Below the pieces are notes generated by a model. It did no database searches. It saw only the letters and a program-made list of their open reading frames with translations, and had not been told where the DNA came from. The position numbers and the translations under genes were made by a program. Below, piece by piece: positions 29,562-38,584 of a stretch of 64,000 bases of DNA. The DNA lies in assembly GCA_964510315.1 (NCBI GenBank), contig CAZEAP010000014.1, positions 25,242 through 89,241 on the forward strand. The letters run 5' to 3'. The DNA comes from an uncultured candidatus Brocadiaceae bacterium. Lineage in GTDB: Bacteria; Planctomycetota; Brocadiia; SM23-32. How positions within the stretch are numbered: the stretch's first letter is position 1; the number at the start of each line of letters is the position of its first letter.

Positions 29562-29674
29562 CCCGCTCGGAGGCAGCGACAGGTTGTTTATCGGAAGGGA
29601 CTCACGTGCGCGTTTCCTGGCGCATTCCGAGAACGACCCCGAACTATGACTCGTCCACGGGGGTGTTGTAAGTC

Positions 29675-32323
29675 ATGCACGGATCGCCTGACAGTTTCTG
29701 GGGGAAGCTCCAGCGCGACGAAGAGGGCAGAGCGCGGTGCTGGCACCCACTGGAGGCGCACTGCGCCGATGTGGCGGCGGTCACGGGCGCGCTACTGAAG
29801 CACACGCTGCTGGGGGCTCGGCTCGCCCGACTGATCGGACAAAATGAACTGACCGATGTGCAGGTGGCAAGGCTCTGCGCTTTGGTTGCTCTGCACGACG
29901 CCGGTAAAGTCAATCACGGCTTCCAGGACCAGGCGCCGCCGAAGAGCCGGACACGCGGTGGCCACGTGCGGCCGCTGGTGGACTTCCTTCACGGGCCACG
30001 GGAAACGAAGGGGCGAATCGTTGAAGCGCTCGCACTGGAGCAGATGTCCGGCTGGTGTTGTTCAGAGTCTGGATTTATCTCCCTCCTGCTGTCTTCGTTT
30101 TGCCACCACGGCCGCCCATTGAAGCCCGCCGGCGGATTCGATCCCGGACTCTGGCGGCCCAACGGCCGCCGCGATCCGATAGCCGGCCTGCGGGAGCTGC
30201 GCGAAGCTGCCGTCCGATGGTTCCCTCAGGCGTGGCAGCCGGATCCGCCTTTCCCCTCCTGCCCGGAGTTCGCGCATGCCTTCAATGGAGTTGTAACCCT
30301 GGCCGACTGGATCGGTTCCGACGAGGAGTTCTTTCCGTATGCGAGAGACGGCTCCGACCGCATGCCGGTTGCGTGGGAACGCGCGCGCAATGCCGTCGGC
30401 CGCCTGGGGCTTGACGTGGCGACAGCTCGTCTGTCTCGCGGCGCCGAACCCCCCGGCTTTGGGGAGGTCGCGCCTTACGAGCCTCATCCGGTGCAACGGG
30501 CCTGCGCGGGGCTGCCGCCTCACCCCGAAGGCAGTTTGGCCCTGATCGAATCGGACACCGGCTCGGGGAAGACCGAAGCCGCTTTGGTGCGGTTCCTGCA
30601 ACTGCTGCACGCGGGACTGGTCGACGGGATGTACTTCGCCCTGCCGACGCGCGCTGCCGCTACTCAACTGCACGGGCGGGTTGTGAAGGCCGTAGCCAGG
30701 GCGTTCTCTCGCCGAGAGTCGTGCCCGTCGGTCGTCCTTGCCGTGCCGGGATACCTGCGGGTCGACGAGGCCGAGGGCCGGCGGCTGCCCGAGTTCCGAG
30801 TCCTTTGGCCCGACAAAGAAAGAGACCGCTGGCGCTACCGGGGCTGGGCCGCCGAGAGTTCAAAGAGGTATCTGGCCGCCCCCATCGCCGTGGGGACAGT
30901 GGACCAGGTGCTGCTGTCCGCTCTTCAGGTCAGGCACGCCCATCTGCGAGCAACAGCCCTCCTGCGACACCTGTTGGTGGTAGACGAGGTGCATGCCTCC
31001 GACCCGTACATGGGACGTCTACTGGAGGAAGTGCTCCGCTCTCACCTGCGGGCCGGCGGCCATGCTCTCCTCATGTCGGCCACCCTCGGCACGGCGGCCC
31101 AGGCGCGGCTGCTCGGCCGCCCCGGGTCCGCTCCTCCGGCCCTGGCCGAGGCGCGCGGGATGGCCTATCCCCTGGTGAGCCATCGCTCCGTTGCGGAGGG
31201 GACCATCGAGCGGATCAGCAGCCGGCCCACCGGTTACGAGAAAACTGTAGCCATCAAACTGCTGCCCGCGGCCGGAACCCCGCAGACCTTCGTGCCCATG
31301 GCGCTGGAGGCGGCTTCGCTGGGCGCCCGTGTGCTCATCATCCGCAACACCGTTCGCGACTGCGTGGCCACACAACTTGTCCTGGAAGCGGCAGCGGGGG
31401 ACTCCGTCTCGGTTCTTCTCGCTGCCGAAGGGGTGGTCGCCCCTCACCACTCTCGTTACGCAGCGTGCGACCGCGAGCTGCTGGACGAAGCGGTCGAGAC
31501 AGCCTTTGGCAAGGAGGCGCCACCAGACGGGGTCGTCGCGGTCGCCACGCAGACCGTCGAACAGAGCCTGGACATCGACGCCGACCTGATGATCACCGAC
31601 CTCTGCCCGGCCGACGTCCTTCTTCAACGGATTGGTCGGCTGCACCGCCATCCGGAGCGCCGGCCCCCTGCTTCCCGGCCTGATAAATGCCGCCGGCCCC
31701 GCTGCATCGTTCTCGTTCCCGAACAGCGTTCTTTGGAAAGTCACATCGGCGAGGACGGCCCGGCCTACGGCCCGCACGGCCTCGGAACAGTCTATGAGGA
31801 CCTCCGGGCACTGGAGGCCACCTGGCGGCTGATCGAGGAGAACGCCCAATGGGCCATCCCCGCCATGAATCGCGAACTGGTCGAGGAGGCCACCCATCCC
31901 GAGGCCCTGGAGGCGCTGGTCCGCTCGCTCGGCGGCAGGTGGCCCCGTCACCAGAATTACGTCCTCGCACTTCGCAGCGCGGATCAAGCCCAGGCCGGCA
32001 TAGCCCTCCTGGCTCGGGACAAACCCTTCGGTGAAGTGTTGTTCCCGACGGACCCGGGCGAACGAATAAAAACGCGCCTGGGGGAGGGGGACCGTCTTGC
32101 GGAGTTCCAGACCGAGATGGAGGGCCCTTTCGGTGGCACTTACCGCCGCCTGGACCTCCCCCACTTCTATGCCCCCGAAGCACCCGAAGACGCCTCACCG
32201 CAGAACCCCGTGGTAGAGAACGGAACGCTGCGTTTCACCTTCGGCAACCGGCGTTTTGTCTACAACCGCCTCGGCCTGCATCCGGCCGACGCAGACTATT
32301 TGGAGGAGTCAGGCCATGAATGA
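29675..32323 (+). CDS. cas3: CRISPR-associated helicase/nuclease Cas3 (type I, HD + SF2 helicase)
   Basis: N-terminal HD motifs (HCADVAAV..., LHDAGK), helicase motif I ESDTGSGKTEAAL, motif II VVDEVHASD, C-terminal domain. First gene of the I-E operon. Confidence 0.9.
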   Translation: MHGSPDSFWGKLQRDEEGRARCWHPLEAHCADVAAVTGALLKHTLLGARLARLIGQNELTDVQVARLCALVALHDAGKVNHGFQDQAPPKSRTRGGHVRPLVDFLHGPRETKGRIVEALALEQMSGWCCSESGFISLLLSSFCHHGRPLKPAGGFDPGLWRPNGRRDPIAGLRELREAAVRWFPQAWQPDPPFPSCPEFAHAFNGVVTLADWIGSDEEFFPYARDGSDRMPVAWERARNAVGRLGLDVATARLSRGAEPPGFGEVAPYEPHPVQRACAGLPPHPEGSLALIESDTGSGKTEAALVRFLQLLHAGLVDGMYFALPTRAAATQLHGRVVKAVARAFSRRESCPSVVLAVPGYLRVDEAEGRRLPEFRVLWPDKERDRWRYRGWAAESSKRYLAAPIAVGTVDQVLLSALQVRHAHLRATALLRHLLVVDEVHASDPYMGRLLEEVLRSHLRAGGHALLMSATLGTAAQARLLGRPGSAPPALAEARGMAYPLVSHRSVAEGTIERISSRPTGYEKTVAIKLLPAAGTPQTFVPMALEAASLGARVLIIRNTVRDCVATQLVLEAAAGDSVSVLLAAEGVVAPHHSRYAACDRELLDEAVETAFGKEAPPDGVVAVATQTVEQSLDIDADLMITDLCPADVLLQRIGRLHRHPERRPPASRPDKCRRPRCIVLVPEQRSLESHIGEDGPAYGPHGLGTVYEDLRALEATWRLIEENAQWAIPAMNRELVEEATHPEALEALVRSLGGRWPRHQNYVLALRSADQAQAGIALLARDKPFGEVLFPTDPGERIKTRLGEGDRLAEFQTEMEGPFGGTYRRLDLPHFYAPEAPEDASPQNPVVENGTLRFTFGNRRFVYNRLGLHPADADYLEESGHE

Positions 32324-33884
32324 TACCTGTAAGTACTCTCTTTTGACCGACCCCTTGATCAGCGTTCGGCGTCCCGGCGGCGCGCGTCTTCAGATCGACC
32401 TCCCGGCCGTCCTCGCCGGACTGGCCAAAGATGAGATCGTCTCCTTCGAGGCGCTCCAACCTCACCAGCGACAGGCGTGGTTCTGCTTCCTTGTGCAACT
32501 GGCGGCCATCGCACTGGACCGGTCCGGCCGGGAAGAGCCCTGCCGGAACGCAGAGCAGTGGAGAGAACTTCTGATGGGGCTTACCGATGGGGATGAAGCG
32601 GCCTGGTGCCTGGTAGTCGAGGACGTCTCCCGCCCAGCCTTCATGCAGTCCCCCGTGCCGGAGGGCTCGCTGGACGAGGCCGGATATAAAGCGGACGTCG
32701 CCACGCCCGACGAACTCGACATGTTGGTGTTGTCCAAGGACCACGACGTCAAAAAACACCGCACGGCCCGCCCCGCGACAGAACACTGGCTCTACGCGCT
32801 CCTCACGCTCCAGACCCTGGAGGGGTATTCCGGCAGCCGCAACTACGGAATCATCCGCATGAACGGAGGATACGGCAGTCGCCCCCTCCTGGGCCTCGCG
32901 CCCGCCTTGGGCTGGGGGACACGGTTCCGGCGGGACGTCCCGGCCGTCCTCTCGGCACGGGAACGCCTCGTCCGGGAACGTAACTACGATCCTCAAGGCC
33001 CCGCCTTGCTCTGGCGGCTGCCCTGGGACGGTGCAAAGTCCAGTCGCATCCCCCTGGCGCAGTGCCATCCATTGTTCATCGAGGTCTGCCGAAGAATCCG
33101 GTTCCGTCGCCGCCATGCCGGGCTCGAATGCTGGCGTGCCACAACGGAAGCCGCCAGAATCGCGGCCCCCGAAGACATCAACGGCGCTACCGGCGACCCG
33201 TGGACCCCGGTGGACAAAGCGGAGAACAAGGCATTGAGCGTCGGCAGCAGCGGGTTCGGCTACGACCTTCTGCGCCGCATCCTCCTCACCGGCGACTTCG
33301 AATGGCCGGCCGCCATGGAGCGGACTCCCGCGGAGGAAGGAGGAGCTTACCTGTTGGCCCGTGCCCTGGCCCGGGGACAGGGCAAGACCGAAGGCCTCCA
33401 CCGGCGCGTCGTGCCCGTGCCGGAAAAGGCCCTCGGACGTATTTCGGACACCTCCCGGCGGGAGGAACTGGCCGAAAGGGCCGAGGAACGCGTCGATACC
33501 GCCGCAAAGGTCCAACGCAACGTCCTCTATCCCGCACTTGCCGCCTTGCTGACTGCGGGCCACGAGGCCAAGGTCGATTCGGCACAGGTGCGCCGATGGA
33601 CCGACGCCTTCGACGCGGCCGTCGACGAAGCCTTCTTCCCGGAACTCTGGGCCTCCCTCGGCGTGCCCCGAGAGGAGGCCCGCCGCCGTTGGCAGGAAAA
33701 GCTCAAGAAGTTCGCGGAGCAACAGCTCCAGGACGCCATCCAGAGCGCACCCGTGCCCTCCATCCACCGTTATCGAGCCGTCAGCGCGGCCCAGGCGATC
33801 TTCTACGGCCGTGCCAGGCAGCACCTCACAGCACTTCACCCAAGCACCGAGGAGGCTGAACATGAGCCAGCCGAAAGCAGTTGA
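32316..33884 (+). CDS. cse1: Cascade large subunit Cse1/CasA (Cas8e)
   Basis: Position and length (about 520 aa) typical of I-E. Start ATG at 32316 overlaps the cas3 stop by 8 nt. Confidence 0.8.
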   Translation: MNDTCKYSLLTDPLISVRRPGGARLQIDLPAVLAGLAKDEIVSFEALQPHQRQAWFCFLVQLAAIALDRSGREEPCRNAEQWRELLMGLTDGDEAAWCLVVEDVSRPAFMQSPVPEGSLDEAGYKADVATPDELDMLVLSKDHDVKKHRTARPATEHWLYALLTLQTLEGYSGSRNYGIIRMNGGYGSRPLLGLAPALGWGTRFRRDVPAVLSARERLVRERNYDPQGPALLWRLPWDGAKSSRIPLAQCHPLFIEVCRRIRFRRRHAGLECWRATTEAARIAAPEDINGATGDPWTPVDKAENKALSVGSSGFGYDLLRRILLTGDFEWPAAMERTPAEEGGAYLLARALARGQGKTEGLHRRVVPVPEKALGRISDTSRREELAERAEERVDTAAKVQRNVLYPALAALLTAGHEAKVDSAQVRRWTDAFDAAVDEAFFPELWASLGVPREEARRRWQEKLKKFAEQQLQDAIQSAPVPSIHRYRAVSAAQAIFYGRARQHLTALHPSTEEAEHEPAESS

Positions 33885-34410
33885 CGCCGGCGACACCGCC
33901 GAGGCCACTCTCCCGAGTGTTGTCGGCAAAGTCGCTCGTGCAATCCAGGAGCACCTTGGAACCGGCGAGGTGGCCGAGCTGCGTCGCGTCTCCCCCCGTG
34001 ACCCTTACACCCCGGCCCTGTGGAAACTGCTGCTGCTCTACGTCCCCCGGAGCTGGAGCGCCGGCCGGGACCGGGACGAGAAGGAGCGCCGCTGGGCCGC
34101 CCTGTTTATGGGCATGGCCATCACGGCCGGCCTGCATGACCCGGCCGAGCATTTCGGGCGGGCCCTGGCCCGCGCCGGCTGGTCGGAGCTTCGCTTCGTC
34201 CGCCTGATGCGCGAGTGCGGGGACGGCCTGGCCGAGGGGGTCCGCCGCCTCGCACGTTACCTGGCCGCCAAGAACCAGCACGCCGATTGGACCGACGTGG
34301 CTCAGCTCCTGCTCAATCAGGAGGGAGACTGGGCCGAACGCCACCGCCGGCGCATCGCCCGCAGCTATTACCGCGAGAAGTTCCAGCAGGAACAACAGCA
34401 GAACGACTGA
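33862..34410 (+). CDS. cse2: Cascade small subunit Cse2/CasB
   Basis: About 180-aa helical protein directly after cse1, overlapping start. Confidence 0.8.
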   Translation: MSQPKAVDAGDTAEATLPSVVGKVARAIQEHLGTGEVAELRRVSPRDPYTPALWKLLLLYVPRSWSAGRDRDEKERRWAALFMGMAITAGLHDPAEHFGRALARAGWSELRFVRLMRECGDGLAEGVRRLARYLAAKNQHADWTDVAQLLLNQEGDWAERHRRRIARSYYREKFQQEQQQND

Positions 34411-34440
34411 TTCCTTGCTCTTGATCCCGGAGGATGCACC

Positions 34441-35712
34441 ATGTCGGATGCCAGATTCGTCCAGATTCACACGTTGACCTCCTATCCCGGCGCGCTGCTC
34501 AACCGAGACGACGCCGGTTTCGCAAAGCGCCTCCCCTTCGGGGGCGCCACTCGCACCCGCATCTCCTCGCAGTGCCTGAAATACCACTGGCGCCACCACG
34601 AGGGCGAGCACGCCCTCTACGACGTCGACGACGTGCCGAAGTCCTACCGCTCCCGGGAGACCTTCCAGCGCAAGGTAGCCCATCCCCTCATCCAGGACGG
34701 CCTGCCACCACGGCTGGTCGCCTGTGCCGCTCTGACCCTTATGGAGATGGTCCTCTCCGACGACAGGCCGTCGAAGACCGATTACAAGAAGATACTCTCG
34801 GGCGGCGAGGAACTCGACGAGGTCCTCGAGTCCAGCCAGGTCACCATCCTGGGCGAGCCCGAGGTGCGCTACCTGCGGAAGCTGGTGCGCGAAACCGTTG
34901 AGCCCCTGCGCGACGAACTCGGCGCGCTCTGGGCAGACCCCGAGGCGAAACTGTCTTCTGAGCAAATCGAGACCGCCATCAAGGCCTGCAACGACATCAG
35001 CAAGGGCGACCTGAAGAAAAACTTGAAGGGGCTCGCCCTCGCCACCGGCCTGGACGCCGCCATGTTCGGCCGGATGGCCACCAGCGACGCCCTCGCCAGA
35101 GGCGACGCCGCCGTGCACGTCGCCCACGCCTTCACCACACACGCCGAAGAGAGCGAAACCGATTATTTCTCCGCCGTGGATGAACTCAGACAGGCCGGCG
35201 GTGAAGGCGAACTCGGCGCCGGTCATATCAATACCAGCGAACTCAACAGCGGCCTTTTCTACGGCTACGTGGTCGTGGACGTCCCGCTCCTGGTCTCCAA
35301 CCTGGAAGGATGCGGGCGCGAGGACTGGCGCGATGCGGACCGCCGGCTGCCCGCAGAGGTCGTCCGTCGCATGGTCCACATCGTCGCCACCGTCTCGCCC
35401 GGGGCCAAGCTGGGCTCCACCGCGCCCTACGCTCACTCCGAGTGCGTCTTCATCGAGGCCGGCTCCGTACAGCCCCGCACCCTCGCCAATGCCTTCCGGG
35501 CGCCGGTTGAAGCCCCGCCGGACGTGCTGGCCAACTCCTGCCAGGCACTCGGAGCCCACTTGCGGCAGCTTGACGCCATGTACGGGCGCCAAACCGAGCG
35601 GAGGCTCTCCGGCACCGAGCCGGCCGAGGCGATCGCCGAGGCCCTCGGCGTAAACCATACCGTCCCCCTCGACGAGGCCGCCGAATGGGCCGCCGAAAAG
35701 GTAGGGGGGTGA
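34441..35712 (+). CDS. cas7e: Cascade backbone subunit Cas7e/CasC
   Basis: MSDARFVQIHTLTSYPGALLNRDDAGFAKRLPFGG N-terminus is the canonical Cas7e start. Confidence 0.85.
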   Translation: MSDARFVQIHTLTSYPGALLNRDDAGFAKRLPFGGATRTRISSQCLKYHWRHHEGEHALYDVDDVPKSYRSRETFQRKVAHPLIQDGLPPRLVACAALTLMEMVLSDDRPSKTDYKKILSGGEELDEVLESSQVTILGEPEVRYLRKLVRETVEPLRDELGALWADPEAKLSSEQIETAIKACNDISKGDLKKNLKGLALATGLDAAMFGRMATSDALARGDAAVHVAHAFTTHAEESETDYFSAVDELRQAGGEGELGAGHINTSELNSGLFYGYVVVDVPLLVSNLEGCGREDWRDADRRLPAEVVRRMVHIVATVSPGAKLGSTAPYAHSECVFIEAGSVQPRTLANAFRAPVEAPPDVLANSCQALGAHLRQLDAMYGRQTERRLSGTEPAEAIAEALGVNHTVPLDEAAEWAAEKVGG

Positions 35713-35716
35713 GACG

Positions 35717-36457
35717 ATGCACATCCTCTTAATTCGATTCGAGGCCCCCCTGATGAGCTTCGGGGCACCCATGGTCGACTACCGGGGAGTCATACAGCCC
35801 TATCCCGCCCTCTCCATGCTCTGCGGGATGCTGGGCAACGCCCTCGGCTACCATCACCGTGAGACCGACAGGCTGCAGCGCCTCCAGGAGCGCATCCGCT
35901 ACGCCTGCCGACGGGACGCGCCCGGCCGGCGCCTGCGCGACTACCAGACCGTCGACCTCGGCCAGGAGTTCATGCGCGACGACCACGCCTGGACCACCCG
36001 CGGCGAACTGGAAAGGCGCAAGGGCGGCTCCGCCAGCACCGGCACCCACATCCGCCTGCGGGACTACTGGGCCGACGCCGCCTGCACCGTCGCCCTCTCT
36101 CTCGAGCCACCCGAAGAGCGCCCCCGGCTCGAGGAGTTGGAGCATGCACTCCACCGCCCCGAGCGCCCGCTGTTCATCGGGCGCAAGTGCTGCCTGCCCG
36201 CCGCACGCCTGCTGATGGGGCGAACGGAGGAGCCCCGCCTGACCGACGCCCTTCGCTCCGCCCCCCTGCCGGAATGGGCCGAAGGACGCTCGCAGGCGGA
36301 TGCCTGGTGGCCCAGTCGGCCCGATGCCGAAGAACCCGAAGCCATGCAGCGTCCCGTCACCGACGCACGCGATTGGGCCAACCAGATCCACGTCGGCGAA
36401 CGCTGGATCGCGCAGGGCAAGATTCAGCTCAACACCCGGGAGACCGAAAATGACTGA
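35717..36457 (+). CDS. cas5e: Cascade subunit Cas5e/CasD
   Basis: MHILLIRFEAPLMSFGAPMVDYRG N-terminus characteristic of Cas5e. Confidence 0.85.
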   Translation: MHILLIRFEAPLMSFGAPMVDYRGVIQPYPALSMLCGMLGNALGYHHRETDRLQRLQERIRYACRRDAPGRRLRDYQTVDLGQEFMRDDHAWTTRGELERRKGGSASTGTHIRLRDYWADAACTVALSLEPPEERPRLEELEHALHRPERPLFIGRKCCLPAARLLMGRTEEPRLTDALRSAPLPEWAEGRSQADAWWPSRPDAEEPEAMQRPVTDARDWANQIHVGERWIAQGKIQLNTRETEND

Positions 36458-37220
36458 TACCGCAACTCAGAACTCAACGCTCCATATGGTTCAGATGTGG
36501 CTGGACACGCGGCGACTCACCGAACTCGCCCGCGCCCTCCATCTGCCTCTACGCCACGTCGACGAGAACTACCTCACTCATTGTGCACTGGCGGAGTTGT
36601 TCGGGGACCGGGCCCCGGGGCCCTTCTGCGTCGAAGACTCCCCCGGCAGGCACCTGCGCGTGCTTGCCTACGGCTCTGAGCCGGACGCCCGGCTTCACGA
36701 AATCGCCCGCAAGCTGGCCGGTCCCATGGTCTACCGCATCTGCGATTGGGACCGCCTCGCATCCAAGCCCATGCCCGAGAGCTTTGAAGCCGGCACCCGG
36801 CTCCGCTTCACGGTTCGCGCATGTCCCGTCGTCCGCAAGTCCTCCGCCGGCAAGTACCACAGCGCCGGCGCCGAGGTCGACGCCTTCCTCTCCCGCGTCT
36901 GGGAGGTCGACGACCGGAGCGTACCCGTCAACCGGGAAGATGTCTACCGTCAATGGCTGCTCGGCCAGTTCGAACGGCGGGGCGGGGCCGACCTGGCAGC
37001 GCAAACCGTGCGCCTGGAGAGGTTCAGTCTAGAACGCATGCTGCGCAGATCCGACGGCGGGTCGCGAAAGACGACCGTCATCAAGCGACCCGCCGCCACC
37101 CTGTCCGGACGTCTGCAGGTCACCGACGGTCGGCAGTTCCGAGAGCTGATCCGCCGCGGCGTAGGCCGCCACAAAACCTTCGGCTTCGGCATGCTCAAGG
37201 TCCAACCGCCCGGGAGGTAA
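36450..37220 (+). CDS. cas6e: CRISPR repeat endoribonuclease Cas6e/CasE
   Basis: C-terminal glycine-rich loop GVGRHKTFGFGMLKV typical of Cas6e. ATG at 36450 overlaps the cas5e stop; alternative start at 36486. Confidence 0.8.
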   Translation: MTDTATQNSTLHMVQMWLDTRRLTELARALHLPLRHVDENYLTHCALAELFGDRAPGPFCVEDSPGRHLRVLAYGSEPDARLHEIARKLAGPMVYRICDWDRLASKPMPESFEAGTRLRFTVRACPVVRKSSAGKYHSAGAEVDAFLSRVWEVDDRSVPVNREDVYRQWLLGQFERRGGADLAAQTVRLERFSLERMLRRSDGGSRKTTVIKRPAATLSGRLQVTDGRQFRELIRRGVGRHKTFGFGMLKVQPPGR

Positions 37221-37224
37221 AGCC

Positions 37225-38109
37225 ATGCTCAAAGGACGCCTCGGTCTGCACACAGCCAGAATCCCTCAAGCCGACCGCCACGGCCTCCTCTGGCTCGAAC
37301 GCGGCAAACTCTACGTGGAGGAAGGCACCCTCGCCTTCGTCACCGCCGGCAGCGATTCCCTCGAACAGGGCAGATACCAGATACCCTACCAGGCCATCTC
37401 CAACATCCTGCTCGCCCCGGGCTCCACAGTCAGCCACGACGCATTCCGGCTGCTCGCCTCCCATGGCACCGGCCTGCTCATCGTGGGCTCCGGAGGGGTC
37501 AGGTTCTACGCCGCCAGCGCGCCGTTCGGAGCCGACCGCTCCGAACTCGCACGGCGCCAGACCCGCCTTTGGGCCGACGAAGACCGGCGCATCGAGGTGG
37601 CCCGGAGGATGTACGCCATACGCCTCGGCGAAACCCTCCCGCACCAGGACCTCGATGCCCTTCGTGGCGTGGAAGGCCACCGCATGAAAATACTTTACAA
37701 GCGCCTGGCCAGGAAACACGGCGTCCAATGGTCGGGACGCCGTTACGACAGATCAAGCCCCCAGAGCGACGACCTCCCCAACACGGCTATAAACCATGCC
37801 TCTTCCGCCGTCCGTGCCGCCGCGATGGTCGCCGTCGCCGCCACCGCCACCATCCCTCAGCTCGGCTTCATCCACGAGGCCTCCGCCCAGGCATTCGTGC
37901 TGGACATCGCGGACCTGTTCCGCGTCAACGTCACCCTCACCGTCGCCTTTCGCGCGGTGAAGCGGCACGAGAGGCAAGGCTGGGAGGACATCGAGAGAAC
38001 CACTCGTCGGCTCACCGGCCGGACACTGAGGGAACAGGAAGTCATCCCCCAGATGATTGATAACATCAAGGAGCTGCTCAATGTCCATGACACTGGCCAT
38101 AACGCGTAA
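37225..38109 (+). CDS. cas1: CRISPR integrase Cas1 (I-E type)
   Basis: Conserved Cas1e blocks (ILLAPGSTVSHDAFRLLASHGTGLLIVGSGGVRFYA; metal-binding E/H/D region ...FIHEA...). Confidence 0.9.
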   Translation: MLKGRLGLHTARIPQADRHGLLWLERGKLYVEEGTLAFVTAGSDSLEQGRYQIPYQAISNILLAPGSTVSHDAFRLLASHGTGLLIVGSGGVRFYAASAPFGADRSELARRQTRLWADEDRRIEVARRMYAIRLGETLPHQDLDALRGVEGHRMKILYKRLARKHGVQWSGRRYDRSSPQSDDLPNTAINHASSAVRAAAMVAVAATATIPQLGFIHEASAQAFVLDIADLFRVNVTLTVAFRAVKRHERQGWEDIERTTRRLTGRTLREQEVIPQMIDNIKELLNVHDTGHNA

Positions 38110-38437
38110 CGTACCCGGTCGCTTCCGGGGCTTCCTGGCCTCCTGCATGCTGGAGGTCGGCCCCGGCGTCTATGCCGCACCCCACCTGCGCAAAGCCGTC
38201 CGCGAACGCCTCTGGCGGGTCATGCTCGACTGGGCCGGTCAGGTTCCCGAGGGCGGAGGAGTGATGCTCATGTGGCGTGACAGGGAAGCGCCCTCCGGCC
38301 TCAGTATCCGCACCCTCGGCTGGCCCAAAACCGAGATCGTCTCCCACGAGGGCATCTGGCTCAGCCAGCGCGACCTCACCGCCGAACACGACGTCGAAGA
38401 ACTCCAGCAACTCGTCGCCGGAACCGAAGAGGACTGA
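38081..38437 (+). CDS. cas2: CRISPR adaptation protein Cas2 (I-E type)
   Basis: MSMTLAITRNVPGRFRGFLASCMLEVGPGVYA matches the Cas2e N-terminus. Overlaps the cas1 3' end. Confidence 0.85.
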   Translation: MSMTLAITRNVPGRFRGFLASCMLEVGPGVYAAPHLRKAVRERLWRVMLDWAGQVPEGGGVMLMWRDREAPSGLSIRTLGWPKTEIVSHEGIWLSQRDLTAEHDVEELQQLVAGTEED

Positions 38438-38584
38438 ACCATCCTCACCGCTCTTTGACAAATAGCTATACGGGGGCTGGCCCAACGGGGAGGCCGGCCC
38501 CTCCATGTCTCACGGGTTGCACCGACAGATTGAGCCCATACAATATATTGTAGTCGGCTTGCTGCCGGCCCGCAGCATGTGAGA
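38438..38584 (+). promoter_or_regulatory. CRISPR leader
   Basis: 147 bp between cas2 and the first repeat. Contains TTGACA at 38455 and the AT-rich perfect palindrome TACAATATATTGTA (about 38543-38556). Confidence 0.6.
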
